Program-made: the position numbers and the translations under genes
From: Raillietiella orientalis
Taxonomy: Eukaryota
DNA: 64,000 nt
Assembly (NCBI GenBank): GCA_036172245.1
Contig: JAYWIR010000007.1
Coordinates: 1,922,001 to 1,986,000, forward strand
Direction of reading: 5' to 3'
Notes under the pieces: generated by a model
Told to the model about the DNA's origin: nothing
The model's database searches: none
Seen by the model: the letters and a program-made list of their open reading frames with translations, nothing else
Shown here: positions 60,701-64,000 of the stretch, piece by piece
Position numbering within the stretch: the stretch's first letter is position 1
Layout: each line of letters starts with the position of its first letter

Positions 60701-61649
60701 CAAGAAGCGCTCGCTGCTGCTGCTGCTGCCGCCGTCGCCTTCGAAGAAGATCCAAGAGGAGGGATCATCCCCCTCTAAACATCCTTGAACTTCGAGTCTG
60801 GGTGCGAAGCTTCTCTTCCGAGTATTGATAATTTTATATTTTATTCCCGTATTTTTTTTCCCTTGCTGATTTATACGCATCCAACAACCCGTTCGCTTCG
60901 TCGCTCGGCATGCGAAAACAAGCGAGCGGTTTGCATGGTAAACCACTTTCTAATAGTTTGGAAACGCTGCCGCAGTAGAAAAATAGCGCGTTGATTGACA
61001 CAATGTTATCTTGCTTCCAGCAATAAATCAAAAAAGTGCTACTCTAACGATTGCTAAACTCCAACAATTTAATTCCACGTACATTCGAAAACACCCCTTT
61101 GGAAAAACAAAAACTCGAGAAAAACAAACATTATCTTCGAAAAAAGCTGCGATTTTTAATGCTTTCCCATGCAGCATTTCTATGAAGAGCACCATAAATT
61201 TTCCTCCCCTGTGTGATTGTTCGAAACTAGCTTTTCTGAGAAAGAGTTTTGCCAGAAAAAGTGAAATCCATGGTTTCCTGGTGTTCGTTTCCCACCCACC
61301 CCCTCCCCCTTCTTCTCCTTTTTTCTTTCTTTCTTTTTACATATCATTCTCCTCCTCCTCCTCCTCCTTTTCATTCCTTGGCATATTTCCTGCGGGATAA
61401 TTTGTCCATCAGCTTTCGTGTTCCGATTTCAGGCGCGCAGTCTTACCAGCTCTGATCTGGCTGTTTCCGAGATCTCGGGACTGTCCCACGATATTTCAAA
61501 GCCCGCGTTCATCGCTGGGTCCCTTGCTCTTATCTGAAACAATCTGGCACCGACGCTTTTTTTTTTTTTTTTTTTTTTCCATGTTACGATTTATACACGT
61601 GTGCTGCCTCCTGCTGACCAGCAACCGTGAGCAACGGATGCCGAATCCA

Positions 61650-63200
61650 CTTTTCCTTTTCCTTGCAGGCAAGTTCCTTCTCCGTCGTCCTCGTTGTCGC
61701 GTCCCTGCCGAGAGCAGCCGACTCGTCCGGATGTTGCAGCAGGGACGTGGGCTGACGGGGAAGGGTGAGACGGGCAGCAGCGTCAACGGAAAGGTAGGGT
61801 GGAGGCAGCAACGGCTCTCAAGACGGTGAGGCTCCCAGTTGGAGAGCGGTGAATCCCAGTGGTGCGGGAGGAAATGCGCCCGATCGCATACACACACACA
61901 CACACACACACGGGTTGGTAGTACCCGCTCATCGATTCGAGGGTGCACGCGCATCAGCACGTGTGTGACAAAGGAGGACGCGGGCGTCCTCGAAGACTCC
62001 TGGGTCCAGCAGGCCACCGTCAACGCGCGGGACCTTCCTTTTGCCGCTGCGGAATGTAGCTTCGGCAGGTGACCACGCTCACTCGGAAGAACATGGATGA
62101 GACGCATCTCCTGCCGTCCCGCGAGCGGTGTTGCCTGGTTACAGGAAACAGTCCGCACGTGGGCGAGGAGCCGGAAACAAGGCACGGAACGGGTGCATGC
62201 GGTTCCTTTTCGTGCGCAACAACCGTCCTGCCACGCTCCAAGACATCCTGGAGAATCCCGAAAAAAGCGTCCGGGCAGGAAGAACTTCCCTCGCCGCAGC
62301 GCTGCCCTCCTTCAGGGAACAACTGAGCAGCTTCATGGCTGCGAAATATGAAGTTGAGGTGAACACCTCAGGAAGAGAAAAAAGACTGGACGAGTGGAAG
62401 ACGGGCCAGATCACCGACGCTGCAACCGCAAGTACAACACCCCATGGACGCTTGGGCGAGCTACTGGATGAAGTGGCCCCGTGCTTATGGAGAGTCGTAC
62501 CCTCCCCATGAAGTGGCAGCAGTTGGCGCTGCTGCACTGGGGTCTCCCATGCAACGCCCGCCGTCACCACTGGACGCGTGTATGTGTAGACCCCAACTGT
62601 GTGAGGTGTGGGGAACAGAAATCCCCCTCCTCCTACTTGCTAGTGAACTGTGTTGTTGCCCTCCGACCCCTTTCTGGACGCTTTGCTGCAACCCTAGGAT
62701 CCCCCGGTTGCAACTCCAGGGACGCTTTGAGATCCCTCCTCGTTCGCGATACCCTTCGGCCGGCAGCCTCTCTAGCAGCAGCTCTCCGCTGACTACGCGG
62801 GATCGTCCCGAATCGACGTGAGGGAAGAGCGGAGACATGGGTGTCACATCCACTTCGCCGTCCATTTGATGAGGATGGCAATGCGATGGCCCCACCTGGA
62901 CATCCTAATACAGCAAGAGCTCGCCGGCATCCTGCAGAGGATGCAAAGGAGCCGCCCCAGCAGACAGTAATCCCTTCCCGCATCCCCCCTAAAGTTGTTT
63001 TATTTGTCTTTTGTTCTTGCCTTTTTTCTTTTTGTTTGTCCTCTCCCCTCTGGTACCGCGGCGGACCCTAGCGGTCTGCAAACCGGTGACCAGGCAGGCT
63101 CCCGTGAAATTGCGCGTGGTTGGTCCGGTGGTCCAACAACAGATTTCGTAAATGTTTATTGTTTTTTCATGAATAAACGGCCCGAGGTACCCGGGTGGGA
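61650..63200 (+). mobile_element. L1/Tx1-like non-LTR 3' portion, copy E
   Basis: GWRQQRLSR, CVTKEDAGVL (~CxPKxxGGLG), LLHWGLPCNARRHHW...CVRCGEQKS..YLLVNC, RWPHLD...ELAGILQRMQR. T-rich UTR; terminus AATAAACGGCCCGAGGTACCCGGGTG at about 63172-63197. Confidence 0.8.
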
Positions 63201-64000
63201 GTCGAAGACTCCCGGGTGCCACGATCGTGCCGCGTTGCACCCGTTCCTCCTCTGCACGTGCTTGCGGTGGCACGCACACGCGTCTGCCATGTAGCATGGA
63301 CGCCGGTGAGTGATGAGTACGAGGCACGTCGTATCTACGCATCAGCGTGGAAGAAAAATGTCAGGTGATCCCCCCCCCTATCTCCGCCAAGCTGTGTACT
63401 TCAAAGCTACCATAGCAAATGAACGTACACGGTCGCGAACGCAGCAGATAAGCCAGCGGTACGGGACGTGATTTATGCGCGCGGGAAGAACGTCGGAAGC
63501 AGGGAAGACAACCCCGAGCACAACTGGACGAGGAAAAGGAACAGCGCGCGTCCGAAACGGGGGTGGATCCACTGAACCTCCACATGGGGAAGGGGAGGGA
63601 GGAATCCGCATCTGCGAGTAGAAAAAAGCTCCAGGACGTTCTCGAAGCGCGCGGCCCGCGGGAGCGCCTCGCGCGTTCGCCCAGCCCGGCTGGACGGCGC
63701 TGCGAGGACGCGCGCAGCAACAAGGAGGCATGCCCGAACGTCCAGTCCTCGAGAAATGGCTCTTCTCCTTCCCCCTTCCACCACAGCCGCCTTCTCTCGA
63801 CCCTCCTCTCCCCTCCCCTCCTCCCAGACGACCTCGGAGCCGCGGGCTCTTCGTGGGGACGGGGGGTCCCTCTCGCTGCTGCTTCCGCGATCTTCCGCTT
63901 CGGAGGCACGAGAGCGGGACTCCGCGCCCCGGGGACGTCGCCTTAGAGAAGCAATCCGCCCAAGAGAGCGCGCGCGAAGAGGGTTCCGGAGACGGGAAGC

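Overview
Eukaryotic (animal, most likely arthropod) genomic DNA, mostly GC-rich and dense in homopolymers and microsatellites. Two genes can be reconstructed from splice signals. (1) A minus-strand pointed/Ets1-2 orthologue of the PntP2 type: 9 coding exons, 53749->41432, about 563 aa, with a MAPK PLTP site, PNT/SAM domain and ETS domain; its 3'UTR ends near 40.8 kb. (2) A 3-exon, 68-aa secreted Gly/His/Tyr-rich peptide gene on the plus strand (2922-3514) that the ORF track only partly shows. Most of 0-39 kb and 61.6-63.2 kb is a graveyard of decayed transposons: DIRS, Gypsy, hAT and non-LTR relics, plus a nested stack of L1/Tx1-like 3' ends, one with a 17-bp TSD. Short AT-richer islands with clustered transcription-factor motifs lie between them. 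The best leads are candidate internal first exons of the Ets gene (including a PntP1-like one beside ETS sites), a tight miR-29/miR-124/bantam site cluster next to its poly(A) signal, the small secreted peptide, a tail-less hairpin-ended L1-like family that nests in itself, and transposon relics that appear to have drifted strongly towards GC. All homology calls are by-eye motif recognition, not database searches.
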